From the NCBI GenBank assembly GCA_043813305.1, contig JBDRLC010000042.1, forward strand, positions 666-64,665: a stretch of DNA of 64,000 bases. Reading direction: 5' to 3'. This DNA comes from Candidatus Omnitrophota bacterium (GTDB lineage: Bacteria; Omnitrophota; Gorgyraeia; Gygaellales; Profunditerraquicolaceae). A program made the position numbers and the translations under genes. Positions 8,689-20,000 of this stretch are shown here, piece by piece; position 1 is the first letter of the stretch, and every line of letters starts with the position of its first letter. Below the pieces are notes generated by a model, which saw only the letters and a list, made by a program, of their open reading frames with translations, did no database searches and had not been told where the DNA came from.

Positions 8689-9333
8689 TTAATTCAAATA
8701 GTAAACTAAATTTTTTATCTCGCCTTTTCTTTTTATCCGGACGGTGAATTCCTTTTGATTACGCAGCTTATCGTAGATTTCCAGAGGTCTTTTGATTGAG
8801 TCTAGTTTTAGATCATTCACGCTCAACACGATATCACCTTCTTCTATTCCCACCTTCTCCGCTAGCGGCTGATTATTTATCTTAGCAATTTTGAACCCTT
8901 TAATCCTGCCACCTTCAAAGTGAGGAACTCCTACTGCCTGTTTTAGTGCAGTGTTTAGATCAGGAATCTGCGCAACCATGGCCTCGCGTTTAATAATTTT
9001 TTTAGTATCGGAAACATCCACTACTGGCTGATTGATACTCCCCAGGGGGAAAGCGACTTCAAGAACTTTGCCTTCTTTTAATATTTGGATAGCCGCTCTC
9101 TTTATTTTAACGATCTGGTATCCGCAAACCCGCTCCCCTATCCTGTATGGCCTCTGTAGACCCTCAGGCACAACTTCAATGATCGCTAGAGATTCCCCCC
9201 TGGGGTTGCTTTCAATTACCGTGCCGATCAGGGTAAAAGAAAGCTGATTAGCATGTATTTGGCCTGAGGCATAGATAGGGATTGCGCACAATATAAAGCT
9301 GAAGATTAATGTCCTGATTAACTTGATCTTCAT
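8689..9333 (-). CDS. gspC: Type II secretion GspC-like protein with PDZ domain
   Basis: N-terminal TM, LIGTVI...AII...YRIGE (HR domain), GFKI...[12 protein letters not shown]...R-G PDZ; ATGA overlap with the upstream gene. Confidence 0.75.
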   Translation of the reverse strand: MKIKLIRTLIFSFILCAIPIYASGQIHANQLSFTLIGTVIESNPRGESLAIIEVVPEGLQRPYRIGERVCGYQIVKIKRAAIQILKEGKVLEVAFPLGSINQPVVDVSDTKKIIKREAMVAQIPDLNTALKQAVGVPHFEGGRIKGFKIAKINNQPLAEKVGIEEGDIVLSVNDLKLDSIKRPLEIYDKLRNQKEFTVRIKRKGEIKNLVYYLN

Positions 9334-12300
9334 TTTAAGGCTCCTGCTAATTTGACTAAAGGCAAAAGGCAAAATCTCACCAGTGATTTAACCGTTTTCT
9401 TATTCCTGATATAATCGGCAATCGGTGGTGAATGTCTGTAATAGAACCTGACGAAAGCCTCACCAATCCTGTTTGTCAAAAGGTAATCATCCCTGAACTC
9501 TCTTAAGAGCACTACTTCCCTCTCCATCGCTGAACCATAGGAAGCTGTGGCGATAAAGCATCCACCACCGCCGCCACCGCCGCCACCGCCGGCAGCTGCA
9601 GCTGCTCCCCCGGCAAGGCCGAATAAAGAAAAGTGATTGGTTTTTGCCTCTACATAGTTTTCATCCGGATGCACTATAATATCAAATACCTGTAGCCACT
9701 CCCCGCTGCTTTCATCGTATCTATAAATATTCAACGTCCCCTCTTCTACGTCCGTACCGTCAACGTAACCGTCATTATCATCATCCTGATAGGGAATCCT
9801 GATAACTGCCTCTTTATCTAATTCCGTTGTATTGCTGGCAAGAGATATGTTACGGTAACTATCCATATCCACTAAACTGGAGTTTGAATCATCTACTTTG
9901 TTTGATAGCAGGGTCTCATCGACTATAGTCACGGATAAAGTATCATCCGCACTTACTGCCTGATAGGGCATCGCCACCTTTGTCCCGTCATAAAGATAAG
10001 TCTCCTCTAACTTGGAAGAGTCAATTTTGGCCTGTTTTAAGTACTCTCCAGTTCCGGTCGTGGTCTCCTGGGAATCAGGATCCGAAGATTGATTATCTAC
10101 GCTAATGGTCACGGAGTCAGATGTATAAGTTACGCCGTTAACCGCAAGGGCCCTGATTAAGTAATTATTACTGGAAACAGCTGTAGTATCCCATCTGGAA
10201 AAATAAGGGTAACTAATGGAAGACCCGATATCAATCCAGGTGCTGTCTCCCTGTAATTGATATTGGTATGTTACCTGATCAGGAGAAATACGCGAATCAA
10301 CGCTTACCGAAAGACTGACGTTTCCTTTTACCGTCTCTGAGGCTTCCGGTTCGATGATCACCACCGGCTTGACATCTATCGCCGTGACCTTTATCTGACT
10401 GCTGGTCTTATCAGTAACTCCGGAATCATTAGTCACCTTCAATCCTACTACATAATAACCCGGATCAGTATAGGCATAGGAAGCGTCTCCCTGGGAGAGT
10501 GCCCGGTCATCACTGGCATCACCGTCAAAATCCCAGGCCTTCTCGGTAATTGTCCCCTGGCTTTGATCAGCAAAATCTATACTAAGTGGCGCTTCTCCCT
10601 CTGTAGTTGAGGGAGTAAAGGATGCGGTCGGCCTGGAGATCTCTCCGTCCTCTTCAATAATGATCTCACTTGATGCGGAAGCACTGAGATTATTCTTATC
10701 CGTTACTCTCACTTCCGGATTAAAGATCCCGACCTCCCTGTATGTATAAGATACCGTAGCATTATCATAAGTGCTCTGATCGAAACTTCCGTCACCGTCA
10801 AAATCCCACTCATAACGGATCAGATCAGCGCTATTTAAATTATTTGCCGTAAGATCAATGCTGCTGGGAGCCGTTCCTGAAGTATCGCTGAGACTCAAGC
10901 TTACGCTGGGAGCAGAGGAATTCTCGGATACGCTGATGATCGTTTCTGCGATCGTACTCAGGGCGGCAAAATCAGTCACTCTTAAAGTAGCTGTATATAC
11001 GCCTGCCTTTGAGTAATTCTTAACTACATTCCCGGATTTCTTGGACTTATGTTCGTATCGTCCGTCACCCTCAAAATCCCATTCGTACTTTGATATACCG
11101 GTTGCAGAGGTCGCGGAAACCGTAAACTTCACCTTAACTGGAGCCGTCCCGGAAGTGCTATCGGTGCTCACCGCGATCTGCGGAGCTGTAACCGGTTCCT
11201 GAACTTGAATTAAAGTCGAGTGCGTATCCTGCCCTCCGATGCTATCAGTTACCCTGACAGTTGCCACATAATTACCCGCTCCAGAATAAGCATAAGAGCA
11301 GTTTCCGCTGACAGAGGAATTCCAGGCGTAATTTCCCTTACCCTCAAAATCCCACTCATACCCGACGATCGAACCGTTTGTGCTTGTTGCTGAGACCGTG
11401 AAAACAACTGTTAATGGCGCTGTGCCGGATGTCGGCGCGGCTGCGGCAGAGAGATTAATCGCCGCAGATAAATCAACATCATCAACCGTGATCGTAATCG
11501 TCTCTGAATCACTCCCTCCCCTTCCGTCACTGACCGTAAAGGTTAACGTATAAGAACCTGATTGGGCATAGCTCGGCGTCCAGGAGAAGGTTCTGCTACT
11601 GAATGTTGCCCCTGTAGGCAGAGTAGCTGCTGAATAAGAAAGTGAGTCACCGTTGGCATCGGTCGCACTTACCTGGAAGGAAAGAGTGTCTGTTTCGCTC
11701 ACGCTTTTATCGCCTATGGAAGCTAATACCGACGCAGAGTTACTACTCCCAGTATCTGCCTGGACTGCGCTGGAAAGACCTGATTCATTGCCGGATGTGT
11801 CATAAGCAGAAACCTGGTAGCTATAAGTGGTGGATTCCTGCAATCCGGTATCAAAGTAAATGGTGCTGCTGGATAGATCCTCCAATGCTCCATCTCTATA
11901 GATCTTGTAACCGCTCACCCCGATATTATCACTCGAGGTACTCCAGCTTAAATTAATCTGCGTTGTGGATGCGGCGGTAGCAGTTAAATTAGTCGGTGTG
12001 CTGGGCGATTGGTTATCAGGGATCGCGCTGACGTATTCGTAGGCACCGATATCAACACTTACCGAAGGCCGTAAATTCCCATCAATATCCCTGCTTACCA
12101 GAGAAGTAGTATCATAACCGGAATTGATACAAGAGGAACCTAATTGCGGACGAAGATTACTCGGCGCATTCACGAATAAAGGATTGACGTTTACTGCATG
12201 ACTGTCTCTGGCAGGACCGTTGCCGTCGCCAAAGTAGCAATTATAATCTGTCTCCAAAAGTACCATTTCATTTTCATTAGAGATGTTGAAGTAACCGCAC

Positions 12301-13595
12301 CCGGATTGGGTGGTAATGATATTATTTTTAATCCGGATGGTTTCCGGAATGTAGGTATTACTCCCGTCAACAAGCTTCTGTAAGCGTATGGCATAAGACC
12401 CCTTGGCGTTATAGATAGTATTGTTGTATAAATCTAGGGAACCCGAATAGATGTAAATGCAATAGTTCCAGGAAACATCCCCTCCACCCTCAATAATGAT
12501 ATTATTGTAAACTTTAGCAGATGAACCATCGGCCTGACCGATAAAGCCTATTGCTCTTAAGGCCTCTGAGGAATCTCTACAATCTATGATGTTGTCGTGA
12601 ATGAGGATATTTTCGAATCTGTATCCGTTTTGATCAGCATAATCCTGGTTTATCGATATTGCCGGCCCCACCCCAACATCATTGTTGAAGATGTGGTTCC
12701 AGCCGAAATCAAGATCATCTGTGCCATAGCCTATGTACAGGGGATGGTCTAGTTTGTTTCCAGAGGTAGCTCCATGTAGAGTGTTGCCATAGATCTTATC
12801 ATTGTTTGAGCCTATGGGATTAATAATCGCATAGGCGTGGGTTTTCAGGCCTTCACAGTCATTGTTAATAAAGCGGTTATTCCTGCCGCTCATGCGTGCG
12901 CATTGACGGTATCTTGCATACAATTGAAAACCGGAGACTACGTAGTAGCTGCGTGAGCTGTTATACCAGTCAAAGTTACCCTCTGCACCAGTGTAGGTGT
13001 TAGCCTCAAAGCGAACGGTCTCACCCGGATAGGCTACCCAGGCAATCTCATTGTTCAGAGATCCTGAGACATTCCTGCCAAAGCTGACATTGTAGTAAGC
13101 GGTTTGATGGCCGTATCTGCCTGTATAGGTGCCTGACCTGATATAGCAGGTATCCCCTGCACGCATAGTGCTGTAATAACTAGCTGGGCTTCTCCAGGGA
13201 TCAGAGTAGGTTCCGCTTCCAGGATTATTCGGTGAATTTATGTCAACGAAATAGATGTTACCAGACCTTACGGTAAAGGGGATCGCGTTTGATAAACCTT
13301 CAGAGGTAGTGACTACGATATTGCCTGTAGAGGCACTGCTGCCCAACTGAAAGACTACTTTACTATCAGACCATACCGGATAGTTATCTACCTGTCCCCC
13401 TCCTACCGTGACGTAAGAGGATCCACGCGTTGCTCCAAAGTTATTACCTGAGATAGTGACAAAGACTCCCTTGTTACCCTGGCCACCGGTATTAGGGCCG
13501 GAAATTAAATCGGAATAAAAAACTACGGGAGCAGCGGCATGCGCGAGTGTATATATACTAAAAAACAAAATTGAAAGAAAAAGTATTTTTTTCAT
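9330..13595 (-). CDS. 1421-aa secreted surface protein: IPT/TIG, right-handed beta-helix, FN3, Ig/cadherin-like, 4x PKD, Ig, CFI-box-CTERM
   Basis: ATG 13595 after GGAGG; signal peptide; Asn/Ile-rich helix ending DIGAYEY; repeated YEWDF.GDG PKD; poly-Gly then [10 protein letters not shown]...LREFRD...YYRHSPPIA. Confidence 0.85.
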   Translation of the reverse strand: MKKILFLSILFFSIYTLAHAAAPVVFYSDLISGPNTGGQGNKGVFVTISGNNFGATRGSSYVTVGGGQVDNYPVWSDSKVVFQLGSSASTGNIVVTTSEGLSNAIPFTVRSGNIYFVDINSPNNPGSGTYSDPWRSPASYYSTMRAGDTCYIRSGTYTGRYGHQTAYYNVSFGRNVSGSLNNEIAWVAYPGETVRFEANTYTGAEGNFDWYNSSRSYYVVSGFQLYARYRQCARMSGRNNRFINNDCEGLKTHAYAIINPIGSNNDKIYGNTLHGATSGNKLDHPLYIGYGTDDLDFGWNHIFNNDVGVGPAISINQDYADQNGYRFENILIHDNIIDCRDSSEALRAIGFIGQADGSSAKVYNNIIIEGGGDVSWNYCIYIYSGSLDLYNNTIYNAKGSYAIRLQKLVDGSNTYIPETIRIKNNIITTQSGCGYFNISNENEMVLLETDYNCYFGDGNGPARDSHAVNVNPLFVNAPSNLRPQLGSSCINSGYDTTSLVSRDIDGNLRPSVSVDIGAYEYVSAIPDNQSPSTPTNLTATAASTTQINLSWSTSSDNIGVSGYKIYRDGALEDLSSSTIYFDTGLQESTTYSYQVSAYDTSGNESGLSSAVQADTGSSNSASVLASIGDKSVSETDTLSFQVSATDANGDSLSYSAATLPTGATFSSRTFSWTPSYAQSGSYTLTFTVSDGRGGSDSETITITVDDVDLSAAINLSAAAAPTSGTAPLTVVFTVSATSTNGSIVGYEWDFEGKGNYAWNSSVSGNCSYAYSGAGNYVATVRVTDSIGGQDTHSTLIQVQEPVTAPQIAVSTDSTSGTAPVKVKFTVSATSATGISKYEWDFEGDGRYEHKSKKSGNVVKNYSKAGVYTATLRVTDFAALSTIAETIISVSENSSAPSVSLSLSDTSGTAPSSIDLTANNLNSADLIRYEWDFDGDGSFDQSTYDNATVSYTYREVGIFNPEVRVTDKNNLSASASSEIIIEEDGEISRPTASFTPSTTEGEAPLSIDFADQSQGTITEKAWDFDGDASDDRALSQGDASYAYTDPGYYVVGLKVTNDSGVTDKTSSQIKVTAIDVKPVVIIEPEASETVKGNVSLSVSVDSRISPDQVTYQYQLQGDSTWIDIGSSISYPYFSRWDTTAVSSNNYLIRALAVNGVTYTSDSVTISVDNQSSDPDSQETTTGTGEYLKQAKIDSSKLEETYLYDGTKVAMPYQAVSADDTLSVTIVDETLLSNKVDDSNSSLVDMDSYRNISLASNTTELDKEAVIRIPYQDDDNDGYVDGTDVEEGTLNIYRYDESSGEWLQVFDIIVHPDENYVEAKTNHFSLFGLAGGAAAAAGGGGGGGGGGCFIATASYGSAMEREVVLLREFRDDYLLTNRIGEAFVRFYYRHSPPIADYIRNKKTVKSLVRFCLLPLVKLAGALK
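12598..13530 (-). repeat. Copy A of a ~930-bp duplicated IPT + beta-helix coding module (copy B 21988-22920)
   Basis: Colinear at a constant 9390-bp offset; includes a 92-aa identical stretch. Confidence 0.9.
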
Positions 13596-13608
13596 CTCGC
13601 ACCTCCAT

Positions 13609-13641
13609 AAAAAAGCCCTACTCTCTTTGAAAGAATAGGGC
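13609..13641 (-). terminator. Riboswitch expression-platform terminator
   Basis: GCCCTATTCT-loop-AGAGTAGGGC followed by TTTTTT, just upstream of the SD. Confidence 0.85.
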
Positions 13642-13655
13642 ATTTTCTATGAAGG

Positions 13656-13748
13656 ACTTCGGCAACCCAGCTACCGTGTCTTATTTTATTAAGACGTAGG
13701 TCTGAAGTTTTGTGCCCTACCCTTTCGAGTAGTTTACCGTTTCGGTTA
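13656..13748 (-). ncRNA. Cyclic di-GMP-I (GEMM) riboswitch aptamer
   Basis: GGTAAAC-TACTC-GAAA-GGGTAG-GGCACAAAAC...CCTAC...GGTAGCTGGGTTGCCGAA matches the GEMM-I layout (GAAA tetraloop P2, CAAA junction, P3). G at the G20-equivalent position favours c-di-GMP over cGAMP. Confidence 0.88.
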
Positions 13749-13775
13749 AACTTGAGTTTTATCAGAGCCATAATA

Positions 13776-13804
13776 AATATAACATATAAAACTGCATTTG
13801 TCAA
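13776..13804 (-). promoter_or_regulatory. Sigma70-type promoter upstream of the riboswitch
   Basis: TTGACA-17 nt-TATATT with TG extension. Confidence 0.75.
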
Positions 13805-14280
13805 CATTAAGTTGAAATTTATTAAACTCATTGTTTCACCAATTGTTGGAAGGCATTAATCATGACAAAAATATACCATTTTCAAGATTAAAAGAAGATT
13901 AAATCAAAATTAATTTTTTTAATCTCCGACGGAAAAACGGCAAAAATCAAAGTTTTTTTAACCTGACCATACATTAAAAAAGCTGAAAAATAACATAAAA
14001 AAGATTAAAAAAATCATAATTTTTGGCACAATAACTTGCTTATTTTTTTATTAGGCTTTAAACCTGATGTCATTCCTATAGTTGCGTGATAAATAATAAT
14101 ACTAGTTGTCAGGAAATTTCATCTATTTGCCGTAACATATTGAAAATAAAGGAGTTTAGATTATAACTAAAAATATATATACTTTCTTACCTTATTGTGC
14201 CTCCTCCCTTTCAGCCAGAACTACTTGTAATGCATAGTATATGGACGTTTGAAGCATATTTAAAATTTTTCAATATCATA

Positions 14281-14309
14281 TTGACAAGGATAATAATTTA
14301 TGGTACATT
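14281..14309 (+). promoter_or_regulatory. Sigma70-type promoter for XRE/receiver genes
   Basis: TTGACA-17 nt-TACATT with TG extension; AGGAGG SD downstream. Confidence 0.75.
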
Positions 14310-14341
14310 CTTAAATACTGAATAGTTAAGGAGGAGTTGAA

Positions 14342-14896
14342 ATGAAATTGGGGAAAAAATTAAGTAAACTGCGGGGCAATATGACTCAGGCAGAACTTTC
14401 TAAACGCTCCAAGGTCGATAAGGCGATTATTAGCAAGATCGAATCCGGGAAGATGACCGGTACGGTGCAGAGTCATGAAAAGATCGCTTCGGTTTTCGGA
14501 ATGAAGCTATCTGAATTTTATACCTACCTTGAGGAAGACAGCTTTGAACCAGCAGAATTACACTCCGGCACTGCAAAAACAGATTATTACCAGGATTTCC
14601 TTGAAATCCTTACCTCCCTCCCGCTTTCAAAGAGAATGCTGCCGACTTTCATTAGCTTAAAACCTAAAGAACAAAAATTTCTGGAGGAAACTATCAGGAA
14701 ATCAGAGAGATTCATTTATTTGATTGAAGGAAGTTTAGAGATTGAAGTGGAAAAAAGAAAGTATCAATTAAAGAAGGAGGCTAAATCAAAGCACGGTGAC
14801 AGCCTTTATTCTCTAAGCCCTAAGCGCCATAAGATAAAAAATACCGGATCAACTGAGACAAAGGTATTGTGTATCAGTTCGCCGCCGGTATTGTAA
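14342..14896 (+). CDS. XRE-family HTH regulator with cupin domain
   Basis: MTQAELSKRSKVDKAIISKIESG HTH; ERFIYLIEG...GDS...HKIKN cupin. Confidence 0.88.
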   Translation: MKLGKKLSKLRGNMTQAELSKRSKVDKAIISKIESGKMTGTVQSHEKIASVFGMKLSEFYTYLEEDSFEPAELHSGTAKTDYYQDFLEILTSLPLSKRMLPTFISLKPKEQKFLEETIRKSERFIYLIEGSLEIEVEKRKYQLKKEAKSKHGDSLYSLSPKRHKIKNTGSTETKVLCISSPPVL

Positions 14897-14906
14897 GGAG
14901 AGAAAA

Positions 14907-15266
14907 ATGAAGAAAGTCCTTATTTGTGAAGATGATCAGAGTATTCAAGAACTACTAAAAGAATTCTTATCGAAGAATGACTGCGAAGTGGACAGTGCGG
15001 ATAACGGCAAAGAAGCAGTAAGCAAAGCGAAATCAGATAACCCTGAATTGATAATCTTGGATATACGAATGCCGAAACTCAATGGGTTGGAGGTAGCTGC
15101 AGAGATCAGAAAGTTTAACCAACAGGCAAAGTTAGTCTTTCTTACCGGCTTTCAAAGCCCAGAGCTGAGGAAAGAGGCTCAGAAATATAATATATCCGCC
15201 TATATTGTCAAATCCAACTCGCCCAAAGAAGTACTGCGGGTAATCCAGGGGGTTCTCAAAGACTAA
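14907..15266 (+). CDS. Single-domain response regulator
   Basis: ICEDD...ILDIRMPKLNG...LTG...YIVK. Confidence 0.9.
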   Translation: MKKVLICEDDQSIQELLKEFLSKNDCEVDSADNGKEAVSKAKSDNPELIILDIRMPKLNGLEVAAEIRKFNQQAKLVFLTGFQSPELRKEAQKYNISAYIVKSNSPKEVLRVIQGVLKD

Positions 15267-15275
15267 ACCTTACTG

Positions 15276-16265
15276 TCAATTCCTTCCGAATAAATTCTTC
15301 AAAAATCTGTGGAAGTAAATTAATGGCTTAGTTAGTATTCTGGTGAAGGTGAAACAACTAAAAATTTTAAAATAAAGTTTCAGTGTTTTATATAAGGTAG
15401 CTAAGCTTACTTTTTTAGATTGCGGCCCAAAATGATAAGCCCCTACAAAAGGAAAGGTTAAGGCTGCCCGTAGATATATAAATCCTGCCTTTCTCTTATC
15501 TTCTTGACGATAAAGATAATCTCCCCATCTGCAATAAACAATCGCCCTCCTGATCGTTCTTTTTAGCCAGCTAAAATCCCCGGAAATCTCAGGTTTACTG
15601 AGAATGAAGAAGATTGCCCTGATTCTATCTTCGTATCTGGTGCTGATATTCGATGGGTGTATTCTATATTTAGCTAAAAACTGATTGATAAATTTAAAGT
15701 TAAAGTTCTTAGCCAGTCTTAACCAAAGATCCCAATCCTGGGACATCTTTACTCTCGGATCGAATCTTCCTGATCTTTCTAAACACGAGCGTCGCAGTAA
15801 AACACTAGAGCAACAAATGAAATTTTTATCATAAAGGCGGTTAAAATCCATTATCTTTTCATCTTTATTATCCCAGTATCTGATAGTTTTACCGCTTTCA
15901 TCTATGGTGTATACGCAAGAATATACAAAAGCTAGATTTGGCTGCTCCCTCATCACCCTCATTTGAACACCCAGCTTTTCCGGCAGCCAGAGATCATCCG
16001 CATCCAAAAAAGCGACAAACTCCCCTGTTGAATTCTCCAGAGCAAGATTTCGCGCGGCTACAATCCCCTGATTCCTTTGATAGTAGTATCTGAATCTCCC
16101 TTTATATTTCTTTAAAAGTTCAACGGTATTATCAGTTGAGCCATCATCAACGATAAGTAGCTCATAATTTGTATAGGTTTGATTTAAAACACTCGCAACC
16201 GCTTCTTCGATATAACGGCCGGAATTATAGGTAGGGATAATTACACTAACCTTTTGCTTATCCAT
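15276..16265 (-). CDS. Glycosyltransferase family 2
   Basis: SVIIPTYN, VDDGSTD, FLDADD, QDWDLWLR. Confidence 0.92.
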   Translation of the reverse strand: MDKQKVSVIIPTYNSGRYIEEAVASVLNQTYTNYELLIVDDGSTDNTVELLKKYKGRFRYYYQRNQGIVAARNLALENSTGEFVAFLDADDLWLPEKLGVQMRVMREQPNLAFVYSCVYTIDESGKTIRYWDNKDEKIMDFNRLYDKNFICCSSVLLRRSCLERSGRFDPRVKMSQDWDLWLRLAKNFNFKFINQFLAKYRIHPSNISTRYEDRIRAIFFILSKPEISGDFSWLKRTIRRAIVYCRWGDYLYRQEDKRKAGFIYLRAALTFPFVGAYHFGPQSKKVSLATLYKTLKLYFKIFSCFTFTRILTKPLIYFHRFLKNLFGRN

Positions 16266-16288
16266 GATTCTAAGATTTCAAAAAGAGA

Positions 16289-16981
16289 CTAAAGCCTGCC
16301 TCTCAGTGTCTCAATAAAAGAATCTCTCTGTTCAATTGTGTGCGCGGGGCTGATTGTGCGCAGCACATCTTTAATCTCATAACGCAAGACCAGCTGATTA
16401 TACGCCACATCGCAGATGCGCATTAGCTCCCCATCTATCTCGATATCATCATCATCATCTTCCTCTAAAGAGTCTTGGTCATCTAAAGCTTCTATGAGAA
16501 AATTCTTGATCTCCTCCCCATACATCGTCCCCAGTGCCTGGATTATATTTGTCTTCCTGATAAAAGAGCTACTATTATAAACCTCCGATATGCGGGCAAA
16601 GGACTCATCCGGAAAGACCTGTAATATCTTCTTTCCGATAAAGAAATTGCTCCCTCTATTTATTCTTTTACCATCTATTACCTCTGATATTGGTAATTCG
16701 AAGTAATCAAGCACAAAATCTATTGCTTCATCTCTTCTGTTCATAAAGCTGACGAAGATGGCTCTACTCAGGAGATCCTCATTGACTAAGAATTCTTGGC
16801 CTTGCAACTCCTCGATTACTTCTTCAATAGACAATCTTCTGATTTTATTAATCTGCTTCTCCTGCTCCCTGCTAAAGTTTGAGTAGATGAAAGGTTTTGC
16901 CGGCTCAGCAGCAAAGACTAAATTACTGATCAAGATATAGGTAACTAAGGTAATAGTAGTAATTATAATTTTATTTTTCAT
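16289..16981 (-). CDS. Exported helical (HEAT-like) protein, partner of the large repeat protein
   Basis: Signal peptide; IIQALG...FLIEALDD...RICDVAYNQL; acidic Asp run. Confidence 0.7.
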   Translation of the reverse strand: MKNKIIITTITLVTYILISNLVFAAEPAKPFIYSNFSREQEKQINKIRRLSIEEVIEELQGQEFLVNEDLLSRAIFVSFMNRRDEAIDFVLDYFELPISEVIDGKRINRGSNFFIGKKILQVFPDESFARISEVYNSSSFIRKTNIIQALGTMYGEEIKNFLIEALDDQDSLEEDDDDDIEIDGELMRICDVAYNQLVLRYEIKDVLRTISPAHTIEQRDSFIETLRGRL

Positions 16982-17004
16982 ATTCTTTCTCCTTTTTATT
17001 TAAT

Positions 17005-20000
17005 TTACTCCTGTTCAGCCGGTGTCTTAGTAAAATCATAGTAATCCCAAACCGGCATAAAATCCTGCAGTTTTTGCCAACGAACCTGATCGCTATCTCC
17101 TTCAAGGTGCGATTGTAGGTAAATAGTGATTGCCCGCTCACTTGCATTGTCCACGCTATAGAACATTTTTCCACGGTGGAAGGTATCGATGTAGTAGATG
17201 CCGGTATTACAGGATAGATAGAACATCCGGGAGTACCTCATTTCCTCATCTACTATGTCGGCTGGGTCTCTGCGAAAGACAACTATGTTATTGCCATAAT
17301 GAGGCATAGGATAGTCAGCATCATCAATATTCTGGTCCGCAGTAACTCTGACAAAGTTCGGCTTTATTTCTGTAGAAGTAGTGCCATCTGCGTTGGTTAC
17401 AGTAAGACTAACGGTGTAATTTCCCATCGTCTCATAGGTATGCGTAGCATTCCTTTCTATACTGGTATTACCGTCACCAAAGGTCCAGAGATATGATGCT
17501 CCGTCCCGACCTGAGCTATCATCATCAAATACTACGGCCAGAGGAACACATCCTATACGAGGACCACTTCTAGAATCCTCGAATTCGGCCTCTAAGGGCT
17601 CGGGTGTGCCGCCACCAATAGCAACGAACTCTTTGGTCATAGTATTGCTTCCCAAGGGGCCATATACTGTAAAGCTTACAGTATAGGTACCGGGTGAAGC
17701 ATAGGTATGCTGAGGTTCAAGCTCCGTCGTATTGGTTTGGCCATCGCCAAAATCCCATAGCCAACTAGTAACCTCTCCTGTTGTATGCCCCTCGAATTCC
17801 ATAGTTAAAAACTCATCCTGGTAGAGCATATTGATATTAGCCTGTAATACCTCTGGGATCACGATACTCGATTCCATCCTTACGGCATCGGCAATCACAT
17901 TTCCCGAAGCAGTATTATTATTTAACTCTATGATATTCTCTCCTTGATTAAAGTAAAACTCACCTAACTGATTCCACTGATTACCATTAGCTGTCTGATC
18001 ACCATAGACTGTAGTGCTTCCTGAACTATGGTTAATTATATACGGTACGGTGGTAGTATTAGAGGCTGCTTGCGGCCAACGGGCAAAGACCTTATAATTT
18101 CCGCTAAAAGGAGTCTTGAAGATAAATTTATATTTATTCTCTCCTGAACCGGCTGAACTAAAACGATACCCCTCATTAAAGAAACCGGCTAAACTATTTG
18201 ATTCCTGCCAATCACCGATTTTTTCTATAGAAGGAGACCATTCAGTTAAATTGGTAATATAATATTGATGGTGAGCAGGATTTGATGAATCAGGTCCCAA
18301 GCCGCCGCTGAGAGTATAATCCCAGGTTTCAGCATCAGAATCAGAAAACCTCTGAATTGCGCTATTCCTTACGGTCTCAACCTTGTAATAATTAGGGTCA
18401 CCGGGGACCTGATATTTCAGATAATAATTGTGTGCCGGGTCTCCTCTAGGATCGCCAAAGTCATAAGGCGCAAGCGCACTCTCTCCGTCCTGAAATTCCG
18501 GCCAGAGATGCGGAAAGGCATGGGAAGTCCTCATTGAACTCAAGCTGAATCTCGCCCATTTAGAAGAACACATAAAGTACCTATCATCATCTCTAAAATA
18601 AATATCCTCTATTAGCTGGTCGGTTATCTCCTGATCTGTAGCATAAACAGCTCCGGAGCCATAGTTGGCATGGCCTACATAAATAACATGGGCAGCTATA
18701 GTCCTTAATGCTTGTTTCATGGTATGTTTATCATCAACAATATGGATGATGAAACTTTTATTACTGGCGATATTGTGGTATATCCAGTCCAGCCCATCTT
18801 GATACGCACCCATATCTGTTAAGAGGTCTTCAACCTCTCCCCTCATACTGGTAGGAGCATACCCCAGACAGAGATAGATATGTTCGGTGTTTACAAAATC
18901 ATTCGTAATCTCAAGCTCCAGATTGACCTCCTCTGACCAATCCCCCTGATCATCCCGAACCTTGAAGTAGATAGTATGCGTGCCTTCGGATAAGCCGGAG
19001 GTATTTACTACATCATTTGACCCAAAATCTCCGTCAATATCTGAACGCCAGTTGTAAGCAGTAATTGTGCCGTCTAAATCCTCACCAAAACCCATAAGCT
19101 CGACATTCTCTCCGGGTTGAGCAGGATTAGGATGTATAGAATCTATGTTGGCTACTGGTGGGACATTTGTCCCGGGATAAATATATACGAATCTTATTGC
19201 ATCAGCGCAGTAACTTCGCAGATGAAAACTCTCGGCATTCAGCCTAATCTTACCTCCCTCTGATACCTCAAAGGGATAGATACCGAGTAGATTCCATCTA
19301 CCGCCATCGACCATCTGGTTAACAGTTACCATATCTGAACCATTGCGATGAATAATTGTCAGTGGTGCAACCGTGGAGCGATTGAAATATTCCGTCCACC
19401 AGGCGTATACTTTGTAAAATCCCGTATGCGGTAAATTAACATGCCAGGTATAAGAGGATCTTCCGAAAGCAAAGAGTGAAGTGAGACCATAAGGATCAGG
19501 GGCGCTAGAGTTACTCCAGCTACCGGTATAAGATGTTCCGGGATCATTATTATTAATGATTACCTCGATGAGGGGTAAGCCAATAACCAGTTCTGTACTT
19601 GCCTCAGTTGACCACTCCCCATCATTATCCTGAACCTTGAAGTAGATGGTATGTGTACCTTCGGATAAAGTGGAGGTATTGAAAGAGGCTGACGTACTGA
19701 GGGTCCAGTCTATGCTTGAGCGCCAGCTGTAAGCAACAACCGTACCATCAGGATCTGTGCCAGAGCCTGAGAAGCTGACATTCTCCCCTGGATCAGCCGG
19801 ATTAGGAGTAATAGAATTTATGGTTGCTGTAGGAGGAATGTTTGCATCCGGATCAAATACAAATTTCACTGCATCAGCACAATAGGTTGTGTAAGTACCG
19901 GGGGGGGCGGGAACATTAAGCGTAACCGTACCCCCTGTTGTGCCGTTGAAGGAAAAGGCACCCAATAAGTTCCATTGGCCGCCATTGGTCCGTTGATTAA

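Noticed and set aside
13592-13831. 79-aa ORF upstream of the giant protein
   Set aside because: Overlaps the promoter, riboswitch and terminator; no protein features.
14024-14040. Sigma54 promoter on the plus strand
   Set aside because: GG-N11-GC spacing; sigma54 requires N10, so not called as a feature.
19900-19907. G8 tract as phase-variation site
   Set aside because: Short, in frame (Pro-Pro), no frameshift evidence.
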